DNA from: an uncultured Oleiharenicola sp.
Lineage (GTDB): Bacteria; Verrucomicrobiota; Verrucomicrobiia; Opitutales; Opitutaceae
Reading direction: 5' to 3'
Assembly (NCBI GenBank): GCA_966252395.1
Contig: CBINOW010000002.1
Span: 13,676 to 77,675 of the forward strand
DNA length: 64,000 bases
How positions within the stretch are numbered: position 1 is the stretch's first letter; each line of letters opens with the position of its first letter. Both the position numbers and the translations under genes were made by a program. Positions 36,510 to 46,588 of the stretch are shown piece after piece. A model generated the notes under the pieces. It did no database searches. It worked only from the letters and a program-made list of their open reading frames with translations, and had not been told where the DNA came from.

Positions 36510-39500
36510 TCAGAAGTCGAAGGTCGTCGTCAGGATAAACTGGCGCGGATCGACGATGCGGAAGCCCCAGGGCTTGCCGTCCCAGTTGACGGCGACGGGC
36601 TGGAGGCCGCCGCCTTCCATCACGTTGTTGACGTTCAGCTGGATCTTCATGCGCACCTTGTCGTTGAAGATGCGGCGCGAATAGGAAGCCCAGAGGTCCG
36701 TGTAGAAGTTGCCGTTGTCGAGATAGATCGGACGGGTGATGTCGTTGGCGTTGATGATCGTCGGCGTGTTAGGGTTGGCGGCCTTGCCGTAGTAACCGAC
36801 GGCGGCCTTGGACTCCCAACGCTGGGCACCACCGACGGCGAAGCCCTTGAAGCGGCCCTCGGAGATGTTGTAGTTGGTGAGGAAGGACGCGCGGTAGATG
36901 CGCTGGTTGGGCGCGACCGCACCCTGCAGCGCCTTGGCGAGCGCGACCTCGGAGGCGACGACCTGGTTGAAGTAGGCCTGCGCGCTGGTCTGGCCGTTCA
37001 GGTTCTCCTTGAGGGCGACGCCGGTGTAGCCGTAGCCGGTCCAGAAGTTCTTGAGCGAATACTCGCGGCCGTTGGACACGAAGTCCGGGATATCGGAAGC
37101 CGTGAGCGTTTCCCAGACGGGCAGGCGCTCGGCGAGCCAGTCGTCATACTGCGGAGCGACGTCCGTGTAGGTGCTCTTGGTCTTGGTGCCCGTGAACTTC
37201 ATGGTCCAGTTGCGGGTGGGGTTGTAGGTGAGCTGCACCTCGACGCCCTTCGCGATGCTCTGCTGGGTGGCCGCGAGCTGGATGCCGCTGTAGTAGTTCA
37301 GCGGGAGCTTCAGGAGATCGTAGATCTTCTGCTGGTTGGCGGCATCATCCACGCTGTAAACCGAATTGTTGTTCCAATCGGTCTGGGCGGTGTAGCTGGC
37401 CACGGATTCGCCGCGGGCGACCGCATTGCGGATGCGGGTGACAGCGGCGGCCCAGGCGTAACCGGTGGTGGTGTCGGAGTAGGCTAGGCGGGTGAGCAGG
37501 GTGCCGGCCGCGCTGGTGCGCTCGTTCTGATTCTCGGTCTGGAACCAGTTCACGCGGGCCACGAGCTTGTTGTCGAACAGGTTGAAGCCGAAGCCGCCGT
37601 CCTTGCCTTCGCCGGTGGGCTTGGGGAGCTGCTTCTTGAAGTAGTCCGTCTGCTTGCCCGGGGGCGGGTTGAAGTTGTCGGACTGGTTGTAGTAGATCGT
37701 CAGGCCACGGAGGAAGTCGCTGAAGAGATTGCCGTTGTTGGCGCTGTTCTCGATGCGGCTCCAGCCGGTGAGCGGGCGGAAGGCCGCGCCGACGGTCTTG
37801 GTATCGCCCTCGAGTTCGTCCCACACGCTCCAGCGGTTCATCACGAGGTTGTAGTCGGCCTCGCCGTTGAAGTAAGGATACATCTGGTTGGCCGTGAGCG
37901 CCGGGGCGATCAGGGTGCCGTCCAGGGCGTTGAGGGAGCCCGTGGTGGTGTTGCGGGCGCGATACTGGTCGTTGCGCAGACCGAGGGTCAGCACGAGGCG
38001 GTCCTGCCAGAGGTAGCTCTGGGTCGCGAGGGTCCAGCTGCTGACCTGGCGCTCGAAGTTGGCGCTGCCCGCGTCGGAGAAGGAAATCTTCTCGGAGGTG
38101 GTGATATTCTTCCAGGCTCCTTCGGCGATGTTATAGACCCGCACGGAAGCCACGTAGGGATTCTCCCAGCCCGGGTTGCCATAGTAACCGATGGATTGGG
38201 TGACCGTGCCCTGTGGGTCGCCGGGGCTGGCGGCGTAGTAGGCCTTGCGGATGGCGGAGTTGTTCCAATGGGCCTGACCGTTCAGCAGCAGGTTATCCCG
38301 GTAGCGGAGGATGCCTTCAGGATCGCCGTCGGTGTAGCCGAGGCGCCAGCGCTCGCGGTTGCGGCGCACGTCGTGCTCGGCCGCGAGGCCCAGCAGGCGG
38401 TGACGGCCGAACCACTTCGTCCAACCCTTGTTCTTCGTGAAGTCCAGGTTGTAGGCGGCCATCAGGCGGAAACTGTCGTTGGTCTCGGGCGAGAAGAACG
38501 TGTCCACGCCGCCACCGAGGCCGAGCGGGGTGAAGGCGAGCCCGTAGTAGGGGTTGGGCGTGCCATCGAGCATGTTGATGTTGGTGTCCACCTGCAGGGT
38601 GTTGCCCTGGAGCTGCGAGAGGATGTAGTTCTCGGAGGCGTCGATCTGCTGGCGATACCAGCCGGCGCTCAGGAAGAGGTTGTCGCCGATCTGCTGCTCG
38701 ATCTCGATATTGTAGTTGCCCGCGTTCAGCATGCCGAAGTTGGGCTGGTTGAGATTATACTTGGTGTAATCGTAGATCGACTGGTCGGTGACGCCGGGCG
38801 CCTGGTAGGAGGAATAGGTGTAGATGACACCGTTCTGCTCCAAGATCGGGGAGAGACCGGTGGTGGACGAAGTCCAGTTGCGGTCGGTGATCAGGAAGCG
38901 CGGATCGTTAAGGGCCCAGGAGGTGTTGCTGGGCAGAGCCGTCTCCGGGCTGGTGTGCGCCGGGCGGAAGAACACCACGTTGCGCGTGATGTAGTCGATC
39001 TGCTGACCGTTGTCGAAACGCTCGAGGGTGTTCGTGTTGCCCGTGTCGAAGGCGAGGCCGTAGGGCAGGTAGTAGGGCGAGAGACTGTTGGTGAGCAGGC
39101 CGGCGCCGACCAGGCGGGTCGTGCCCGAGAGCACGGTGATGTTGCCGGGCGAGCGGGTGTCGAAGAAGATCGGCCCGATGACCTCGCCGGCGCTGCGGTT
39201 CACCATGTTGGTGCCGGACCAGGGGAGGTTCGAAACCTTCGGGTAGCTGGTCGCATCCATGAACTTCACGGTGCGGGTGACGGGGTCATACGACGGGCGG
39301 CCGGCCTGGAGCCAGGGCGTGACCATGTCGCGCGGCGTGATGAAGTTCGGGCGGTTCGACTTGTTGTCGTAGTTCTCGGCGAAGGCGCGGATGACGGTCT
39401 TCGGGAACGGGCGGTAGGTGATCGCACCGAACTGGCGGCGGGTGAGATCGAAGGACGGTTTGCGCTCGAACTGCTGGTCGTTGTAGAGGCCGGCGACGTA

Positions 39501-40283
39501 GATCGCGAGCTTGTCCTCGATGAGCGAGCGGTTGATCGCGAAGGAGGCGCGGGCCGAGCCGACCTGGTCGGTGCGCAGGCTCACCGAGTTGGAATTGCGG
39601 TTGATGACCGCCTGGGCCGAGGACTGGTTCACGATGCCGGACGGGCTGCCGAGACCGAAGAGCAGCGAGTTCGGACCGCGGCTGATTTCCACCGACTGGA
39701 TGTTGTAGCTGTCGAAAGGAATGCGGTTGTTCGACGGGTGGTAGTTGATCGAGGCGTCGGGGGCGGCAAGACCGCGCACACGGTTGGACTGCGCGTTGGT
39801 GGTGCTGTCGCCGTTGTTGCCGAAGGAGTAACCGCCGACCGAATCCTTGAGCGTGCCGCGGTCGGTGATCTGCGGCGTGTAGGTGCTCGAACCCTCGGTG
39901 CCCGCCTCGTAGCGGAACACATCGTTGATGTCGAGGGACGCGGTGTCGTCGAGCTGCTGCTTGGTGACGACGGTGATGGAGGCGGCGAGGTCGGCGAGAT
40001 TGGAATTCAGGCGGCTGCCCGCGAGGGTGTTCTCCGCAAAGTAACCCTGGTCCTTGCTGGTGGTGACAACGAAGGGCGAGAGCTCGAGCACGCCCTTGTC
40101 GCCGGCCGGGGCGGTGGAACCGGCGGCGGGCGCCTGCTCGACCTTGACGGGCTTATCGGACGGGGGCGGGGTCTGGGGGTTGTTGGCCACTTGCGCGAAC
40201 GCAGGCAGGGCCACCGACAAGGCCAGCAACGGCGTGAGGTAACGCCGGACTCGATCCAGGTTTGGTTTGGATTGCGGTGTCAT
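36510..40283 (-). CDS. TonB-dependent outer-membrane receptor (large, about 1250 aa)
   Basis: Signal peptide, then plug motifs LSPFVVTT, ITVVTKQQLDD, NRVRGL and VEISRGPNSLLFG. A long beta-barrel ends in the aromatic terminus TTTFDF. Confidence 0.85.
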   Translation of the reverse strand: MTPQSKPNLDRVRRYLTPLLALSVALPAFAQVANNPQTPPPSDKPVKVEQAPAAGSTAPAGDKGVLELSPFVVTTSKDQGYFAENTLAGSRLNSNLADLAASITVVTKQQLDDTASLDINDVFRYEAGTEGSSTYTPQITDRGTLKDSVGGYSFGNNGDSTTNAQSNRVRGLAAPDASINYHPSNNRIPFDSYNIQSVEISRGPNSLLFGLGSPSGIVNQSSAQAVINRNSNSVSLRTDQVGSARASFAINRSLIEDKLAIYVAGLYNDQQFERKPSFDLTRRQFGAITYRPFPKTVIRAFAENYDNKSNRPNFITPRDMVTPWLQAGRPSYDPVTRTVKFMDATSYPKVSNLPWSGTNMVNRSAGEVIGPIFFDTRSPGNITVLSGTTRLVGAGLLTNSLSPYYLPYGLAFDTGNTNTLERFDNGQQIDYITRNVVFFRPAHTSPETALPSNTSWALNDPRFLITDRNWTSSTTGLSPILEQNGVIYTYSSYQAPGVTDQSIYDYTKYNLNQPNFGMLNAGNYNIEIEQQIGDNLFLSAGWYRQQIDASENYILSQLQGNTLQVDTNINMLDGTPNPYYGLAFTPLGLGGGVDTFFSPETNDSFRLMAAYNLDFTKNKGWTKWFGRHRLLGLAAEHDVRRNRERWRLGYTDGDPEGILRYRDNLLLNGQAHWNNSAIRKAYYAASPGDPQGTVTQSIGYYGNPGWENPYVASVRVYNIAEGAWKNITTSEKISFSDAGSANFERQVSSWTLATQSYLWQDRLVLTLGLRNDQYRARNTTTGSLNALDGTLIAPALTANQMYPYFNGEADYNLVMNRWSVWDELEGDTKTVGAAFRPLTGWSRIENSANNGNLFSDFLRGLTIYYNQSDNFNPPPGKQTDYFKKQLPKPTGEGKDGGFGFNLFDNKLVARVNWFQTENQNERTSAAGTLLTRLAYSDTTTGYAWAAAVTRIRNAVARGESVASYTAQTDWNNNSVYSVDDAANQQKIYDLLKLPLNYYSGIQLAATQQSIAKGVEVQLTYNPTRNWTMKFTGTKTKSTYTDVAPQYDDWLAERLPVWETLTASDIPDFVSNGREYSLKNFWTGYGYTGVALKENLNGQTSAQAYFNQVVASEVALAKALQGAVAPNQRIYRASFLTNYNISEGRFKGFAVGGAQRWESKAAVGYYGKAANPNTPTIINANDITRPIYLDNGNFYTDLWASYSRRIFNDKVRMKIQLNVNNVMEGGGLQPVAVNWDGKPWGFRIVDPRQFILTTTFDF

Positions 40284-40371
40284 GGTTGGGTTGGGGTCAG
40301 TGAAGGGACGGACCGACGTGCGCATGCAAGAAGGCATGCAAAACGACACGGGCCGGGTTCAGGGGTGGAGG

Positions 40372-40400
40372 GGTGCAGGGTGCAACTACTACCCTGCACC
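40372..40400. promoter_or_regulatory. inverted repeat GGTGCAGGGT-N9-ACCCTGCACC upstream of the TonB-dependent receptor gene
   Basis: Perfect 10-bp arms, 89-117 nt upstream of the receptor start. A GCATGC-N6-GCATGC pair lies at 40322..40339. Confidence 0.3.
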
Positions 40401-40441
40401 AGACACCCCGTCCCCGCCAGTGACAATCGGGGCATGTTTCA

Positions 40442-40460
40442 GACAGTCCGAGCATTGCGG
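40442..40460. promoter_or_regulatory. GACAGTCCGAGCA-TTGCGG box upstream of the TonB-dependent receptor gene
   Basis: The 13-mer is identical to 46516..46528 and is followed by the same ttgcgg. Lies 159 nt upstream of the receptor ATG on the minus strand. Confidence 0.35.
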
Positions 40461-40625
40461 TCCGCGGCGCGGTGCGGCCCGGGAACTGCGGGCCCAGTGC
40501 GATCTCGCGGCTGCCGATGCAGGGTTCGCGACGGGATCGCGGGACTTTCCGCCGCCGAAGTGGGTTTCGGTCCTGCGCTCCGGCGCGGAGCCGTAGAAGT
40601 GTCGGCGCGAAACCGGACTAGGGGC

Positions 40626-40651
40626 AAAAAAACGGCGCCCGCAGGGCGCCG
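40626..40651 (-). terminator. intrinsic terminator after the ABC substrate-binding protein gene
   Basis: On the minus strand it reads ggcgccc-tgc-gggcgcc followed by gttttttt, about 25 nt after the stop. Confidence 0.7.
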
Positions 40652-40674
40652 CTCGTGAGCACATCACGCACCGC

Positions 40675-41643
<969 letters not shown>

Positions 41644-41653
41644 GGGGAAATTT

Positions 41654-42673
41654 TTAATGCGGGGCGCGGCGGGCGGCCCAGGCGCCGAGGCCGAGGGCCA
41701 GCAGGAGGAGTGCGCCGGTGGCGAGGCCGGCGATCTCCTCGGCGGCATTCAAGCGAATCACAACCGGCAGCGTGGCAAGCCCGCTCTTCAGCACGGCGAT
41801 GGCCGCGACGCCCAGCAGCGTGCCCGTGACACTGCCGCGTCCGCCGAAGATGCTCGTGCCGCCGAGCACAACCGCAGTGATGGCATAAAGTTCGTAGCCC
41901 GTGCCGGCATCGGCCTTGGCCTGGCCGAGTCGCGCCGTGTAGATGAGCGCGGCGACCGCGGCGATGACACCCGCCAGCACATAGACCAGCGCGACCCGCC
42001 GGTCGGTCGGCAGCCCGGCGAAGCGCGCGCCTTCCGGCGAAAACCCGATCGCCCGCAGCGACCGGCCGGTCGTGGTCGCATGCACCAGCACCCACACGAT
42101 GAGCGCCACGAGCAGGAAGATCCACGCCTGCGTCGGCAGCCCGAGCCAGCGCTCCTGTCCGAGAAAGAGAAACGACGCCGGAAAATCCGTGTAGGTGACC
42201 GCGCCCTTCGTGAAGGCCTCGGCCAGTCCGCGGAACAGCGAATACGTGCCGAGCGTCACGATCAGCGGCGGCAGCCGGAGCTTCGTGATCAATCCGGCGT
42301 TGAGTCCGCCCGCCAGGGCGCCGGTGCCGAGCGTCAGCGCGGCCGCCAGCGGCAGACCGAGCTGCGCATCGTGCGAAAGCATGCCGAACACCACCGCGCA
42401 CAATCCCAGCAGCGAACCGACCGACAGGTCGATGCCCGCCGTGATGATCACCGGCGTGAGCGCCAGTGCGAGCAGGCCGATTTCACAGGAGTGGCGCAGG
42501 ATGTCCATCTGCCGGTCGATCGTGCCGAAGCCGACCGTCACGCCGCGGCGGTTCACCGTCGTGCCGAAATGCCAGAACAGCAGCCACTCGACGACGAGCA
42601 GCGCGAGCAGCAGCGTCTCGTGCCGCAGGAGCAGGGCTTTCCAGCCCGACTTGCCGACGGATGCCGGGCTCAT
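41654..42673 (-). CDS. sugar ABC transporter permease (RhaQ-like)
   Basis: Hydrophobic protein of the ribose/rhamnose permease type (GIDLSVGS, TLGTYSLFRGLA, GGTSIFGGRGSV). Its start overlaps the upstream stop by 4 nt. Confidence 0.8.
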   Translation of the reverse strand: MSPASVGKSGWKALLLRHETLLLALLVVEWLLFWHFGTTVNRRGVTVGFGTIDRQMDILRHSCEIGLLALALTPVIITAGIDLSVGSLLGLCAVVFGMLSHDAQLGLPLAAALTLGTGALAGGLNAGLITKLRLPPLIVTLGTYSLFRGLAEAFTKGAVTYTDFPASFLFLGQERWLGLPTQAWIFLLVALIVWVLVHATTTGRSLRAIGFSPEGARFAGLPTDRRVALVYVLAGVIAAVAALIYTARLGQAKADAGTGYELYAITAVVLGGTSIFGGRGSVTGTLLGVAAIAVLKSGLATLPVVIRLNAAEEIAGLATGALLLLALGLGAWAARRAPH

Positions 42674-43599
42674 GCGTGGCCTCCTTTCCGGCGCAGACCG
42701 TCGGACGCCGCGGCGAGCAGGATGATCGCGCCCTGGATCGCCTTTTCCCAATAGGCCTCGATATGCAGGTGCGTGAGCGCGGGCGGGATCGTCGCGAGCA
42801 GCAGCAGGCCCGCCAGCACGCCCCACAGGCTGCCGCGCCCGCCGGAGATGGCCACGCCGCCCACGACGGCGGCAGCGATGACTTTCAGCTCGAGACCGCT
42901 GCCCACGAGCGGCTGCACCTGCGGGGACTGCACAAGGTTGAGCACCGCCGCAAAACCGGTGAGCACGCCCATGAATACAAAAACACCCAGCGTGACGCGA
43001 ACGGGATTCACGCCCGCCAGCCGGGCCGCGGCGGCATCGCTGCCCACCGCATAGACAAAGCGCCCGGCGGCGAGGTGCCGCGAGGCCCACGCCAGCACCG
43101 CGAGCACGACCGCCGCCACCGCGAGCACGAGCCACTGGCCGGCGGTCTGGCTCAGGCCGAACCATTGCACGCCGTCGGGCAGGTTCACGAATTCGCCCTG
43201 GCGCGCGAGGTTCAGGCCCTGGCGCAGGGTCACCATGGTCGCCAGCGTCACCACTATGGAAGGCAGCCCGGCGAGCGCGACCAGCGCACCGTTGGCGAGG
43301 CCCATCAGCGCGCCGGCGCCCAGCGCAGCCAGTAACACGAGCGGCAGCGGCCAGCCCGCGGCGGCGAGCAGGCCGGCTACCACGCTGCAGATCGAGAACT
43401 GCGACCCGACCGAGATGTCGATCTCGCGCGCGATGATGACGAAGGCCATGCCGCAGGCGACAATGAGCGCGGGCATCTCGCGCACGAGCAGCGAGCGCAG
43501 CGGTTGCGGCGAGAAGAACGCCGGCGCGATGAAGGCCAGCACCACGAGCAACAGCGCGAGCACGCCGGCCACGGAAAGTTCGCGGGTGTGGCGCTTCAT
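42670..43599 (-). CDS. sugar ABC transporter permease (RhaP-like)
   Basis: Contains EIDISVGS, IVVTLATM and GGVAISGGRGSLWGV. Its start overlaps the ATPase stop by 4 nt. Confidence 0.8.
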   Translation of the reverse strand: MKRHTRELSVAGVLALLLVVLAFIAPAFFSPQPLRSLLVREMPALIVACGMAFVIIAREIDISVGSQFSICSVVAGLLAAAGWPLPLVLLAALGAGALMGLANGALVALAGLPSIVVTLATMVTLRQGLNLARQGEFVNLPDGVQWFGLSQTAGQWLVLAVAAVVLAVLAWASRHLAAGRFVYAVGSDAAAARLAGVNPVRVTLGVFVFMGVLTGFAAVLNLVQSPQVQPLVGSGLELKVIAAAVVGGVAISGGRGSLWGVLAGLLLLATIPPALTHLHIEAYWEKAIQGAIILLAAASDGLRRKGGHA

Positions 43600-45119
43600 G
43601 CGACCGCCCCTTTCGTCTGGCCCAGCGCCACCGCCATGACCGCCGGAGCCTCCGCGCCACCTGACAGCGTCTCCACCAGCCGGCCGCCGCGCATCACGCC
43701 GATGCGGTCGCTCATGGCCAACACCTCGGGCAGGTCGCTGGAAATCAGCAGCACCGCGAGCCCGTCCGCCGCCAGCCGGCGGATGATGCGGTGAATCTCG
43801 CCCTTCGCTCCGACGTCCACGCCTTGCGTCGGTTCGTCGAGGATCAGCACGCGCGGCTTGGTCGCCAGCCAGCGGGCGAGCGCCACCTTTTGCTGGTTGC
43901 CACCGCTCAGGCTGGCACCGGGGGCGTCCGGTCCCGAGGTTTTCACGCCCAAGTCGCGGATGTAGTCGGCCGCGAGCGCCAGCTCGGGCCCGCGGCGCAG
44001 CCAGCCGCCCGGAAACACGCTGCCGTGCACGGCCATGGTCATGTTCTGCGCGATCGGCATTTCCAAAATCACGCCGTGCCGGCGGCGGTCCTCGGGCACG
44101 TAGGCCAGACCGGCGGCGATGGCGTCGCGCGGCGTGCGGATCGTGCGCTCCTGTCCATCCACCAGGATGCGCCCCGTGTCGGCGGGCGTCAGGCCGAAGA
44201 GCGTGCGCGCCAGCTCCGTGCGGCCGGCGCCGACCAGGCCGGCCAGGCCGAAGATCTCGCCCGCGCGGATCTCGAACGAGACCCCGCTCACGCCGCCCTC
44301 GGCGCAGGAAAGTTGCTCCACCGCGAGGCGCACCTTCCCGGGGGCCGTGCCGGCGGTGCGCTCCGTAAGCGACACCTCGCGTCCGACCATGAGCTTGATC
44401 AGCTCGGGTTCGGTGACGCCGGCCACTTCGCGCGTGCCCACGCTCACGCCGTCGCGCAGCACGGTGACGCGGTCGGCCAGCGCGCGGATCTCCTCGAGGC
44501 GGTGCGAGATGTAAACCACTCCCACGCCGGCGGCGCGCAGGCCGCGCACGATCTCGTAAAGCTTCTCCTGCTCGCGCCGCGTGAGCGAGGCGGTGGGCTC
44601 GTCCATGATGACGATGCGCGCACCCGCGCCGAGCGCGCAGGCGATTTCCACCAGCTGCTGCTCGGGCATGGAGAGTTCGCGCACGGTGCGGGAAGCGGGG
44701 AATTCCGCGCCGATGCGCAGCAACAGCTCCTCCGCCTGTGCCGCCCGCCGGCGCCAGTCCACCTTACGCCAGGCCCCGCCCGCCTCCAGCCGCAGCCCGA
44801 TGTTCTCGGCCACGTCGAGCTCGGCGAACAACGCGGGCTGCTGGTAGATGCAGGCGATGCCGCGGGCGCGGGCGGAATCGGTGGTCAGACCGGCCAGCGT
44901 TTCTCCGGCCACGCGGATCTCCCCCGCATCGGGCCGGTGAGCGCCGGTGACGACCTTGATGAGCGTGGATTTGCCCGCACCGTTCTCGCCGAGCAGGGCG
45001 TGGACCTCGCCGGCACGCAGCTCGAAATCAACCCCCTGGAGCGCACGCACCGCCCCGTAGCTCTTGCGGATGCCCTGCAGGCGCAGTAGCGGAGACGAGG
45101 GGACCGGGGCGGGGGTCAT
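43596..45119 (-). CDS. sugar ABC transporter ATP-binding protein (two fused ATPase domains, RhaT-like)
   Basis: Walker A motifs GENGAGKST and GLVGAGRTE, a signature LSGGNQQKV, and Walker B motifs IVIMDEPT and VLILDEPT. Confidence 0.85.
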   Translation of the reverse strand: MTPAPVPSSPLLRLQGIRKSYGAVRALQGVDFELRAGEVHALLGENGAGKSTLIKVVTGAHRPDAGEIRVAGETLAGLTTDSARARGIACIYQQPALFAELDVAENIGLRLEAGGAWRKVDWRRRAAQAEELLLRIGAEFPASRTVRELSMPEQQLVEIACALGAGARIVIMDEPTASLTRREQEKLYEIVRGLRAAGVGVVYISHRLEEIRALADRVTVLRDGVSVGTREVAGVTEPELIKLMVGREVSLTERTAGTAPGKVRLAVEQLSCAEGGVSGVSFEIRAGEIFGLAGLVGAGRTELARTLFGLTPADTGRILVDGQERTIRTPRDAIAAGLAYVPEDRRRHGVILEMPIAQNMTMAVHGSVFPGGWLRRGPELALAADYIRDLGVKTSGPDAPGASLSGGNQQKVALARWLATKPRVLILDEPTQGVDVGAKGEIHRIIRRLAADGLAVLLISSDLPEVLAMSDRIGVMRGGRLVETLSGGAEAPAVMAVALGQTKGAVA

Positions 45120-45196
45120 GCGTGGAGGCGCGACGCTCCAATCTGATATGATTGGAGTCAATCATATCCCCGGACAGCTCCTTGGATTGGACGAAC

Positions 45197-46363
45197 TCAG
45201 GCGCCGAGCTTGAAACCGCCGGCGGCCAGCGACTGCTCGCTCTCGTAGGAACGCCGCAGCGCCTCGCCCAAGCCGCGGATGTCCGGCACCTGCGTGGTCG
45301 TGCCGTTGGCCCCGCTCCAGGTCACGTCGGCGGATGGAACAACGCCGATGCGGCCCTGCCGGTGAATGGCCTCGATCAGCGCGGTGTGCCGGCCGGCGAG
45401 TTCGCTCGTGCAGATGCGCACGCCCGGATCGCGCAGGCGCGCGAGCGCGGCGGCAAACATCGCGCGGCGCGCGCCGGTGATGTCGAGCAAGGGCCGGCGC
45501 CCGGTGGCGCCGTCGGCCGCGCGCCACCACGCCTCGGATTCATAGCGCCACGCCGCCTGGCCGCGACTGCCGGTGATGACGATCTCGGGTTCGACGGTCT
45601 CCGCGCAGGCGTGGCTCGTGCCGAACCACAGCTTCACGCCGCTGCTCGTGCGCGAGCGCACGACCGCGGTGTCGAAGCTCTCGATCGCATGCGCCCGCAT
45701 CAGCTCGGCGCCCTCGAGCTCGAGGCCCTGCCCGCCGACGAAGAAGAGGCTGAGCATCACGAAATGCGCGAAAGCGTTGTTCAGCGGGGAATCCATCACC
45801 GGCATCCCGTCCACCCGCAGGCGGCCGGCCCAGTCGTTGCGCGTGAAGTAGCCGCGCGTGCGCGGCCATACGCCGAGGAAGCGCACCGAGCGGATGTCGC
45901 CGATGACACCGCGGTCCAGCTCTTCCTTCAGCCAGATGGTGCCGGGCTCGTAGTAATCCTGGAAACCCACCGCCACGAACCGGCCGGTGCGCCGCTCGGC
46001 CTCCCGGACCGCCTCCACCTCGGCCAGCGAGCCGGCCAGGGGTTTCTCGACGAGCACGTTGGCACCCGCCTCGAGCGCGGCGATCGTCATGCGCGCGTGC
46101 CAATGGATGCCCGTGGGGATCAGGCAGAGGTCGATGCGGCCGGCGTGCGCCCGCAGCATCGCGGTGTAGTCGGCGAAAATCTCGGTGCCGTGGCCGCTCA
46201 GCTCGGCGATGTTGGCCGCCTCCTGCTCCGGATTGATGATCGCCGCCGCGGTGATCACCGCCTCACCCCGCTGCCGGCTCTCCCGGGCTAGCTGCAGATG
46301 AATGCTGCCATAGCCGGACACGCCGATGATGGCGAGGCGGGCGGGTTGGGAGGGTGCGGTCAT
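45197..46363 (-). CDS. Gfo/Idh/MocA family NAD(P)-dependent oxidoreductase
   Basis: Rossmann start RLAIIGVSGYGSIHL, then the EKPLA motif (NVLVEKPLAGS). It is the first gene of the ABC transporter operon. Confidence 0.8.
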   Translation of the reverse strand: MTAPSQPARLAIIGVSGYGSIHLQLARESRQRGEAVITAAAIINPEQEAANIAELSGHGTEIFADYTAMLRAHAGRIDLCLIPTGIHWHARMTIAALEAGANVLVEKPLAGSLAEVEAVREAERRTGRFVAVGFQDYYEPGTIWLKEELDRGVIGDIRSVRFLGVWPRTRGYFTRNDWAGRLRVDGMPVMDSPLNNAFAHFVMLSLFFVGGQGLELEGAELMRAHAIESFDTAVVRSRTSSGVKLWFGTSHACAETVEPEIVITGSRGQAAWRYESEAWWRAADGATGRRPLLDITGARRAMFAAALARLRDPGVRICTSELAGRHTALIEAIHRQGRIGVVPSADVTWSGANGTTTQVPDIRGLGEALRRSYESEQSLAAGGFKLGA

Positions 46364-46515
46364 GAGACGGAAAAGTGGGGGCTACCGGCCGCCGTGGGAG
46401 CCGCCGGCGCGGGTCAGGCGGCTTGGCGTCTCCTGCTGTGCAAGGGGTAGAGTCAGGGGTTGCGAGGAAGGGAAGCTACCGCGTCCGCAAAAAGCGTCAT
46501 TGTTGCCGCGGTCTT

Positions 46516-46536
46516 GACAGTCCGAGCAGATTGCGG
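46516..46536. promoter_or_regulatory. GACAGTCCGAGCA-(GA)-TTGCGG box in the oxidoreductase/ABC - GH106 divergent region
   Basis: Same 13-mer as 40442..40454. Lies 153 nt upstream of the minus-strand operon start and 73 nt upstream of the GH106 ATG. Confidence 0.35.
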
Positions 46537-46588
46537 GCCGCTTCACTTGATATGCCGCGCATCCGGCACTACTGCTTGCCCACCCCGT

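Noticed and set aside
46513-46541. TTGACA at 46513 as a sigma-70 -35 box for the GH106 gene.
   Set aside because: No acceptable -10 hexamer lies at 16-18 nt spacing (gccgct). The TTGACA overlaps the recurring GACAGTCCGAGCA box, which also occurs where no plus-strand gene follows.
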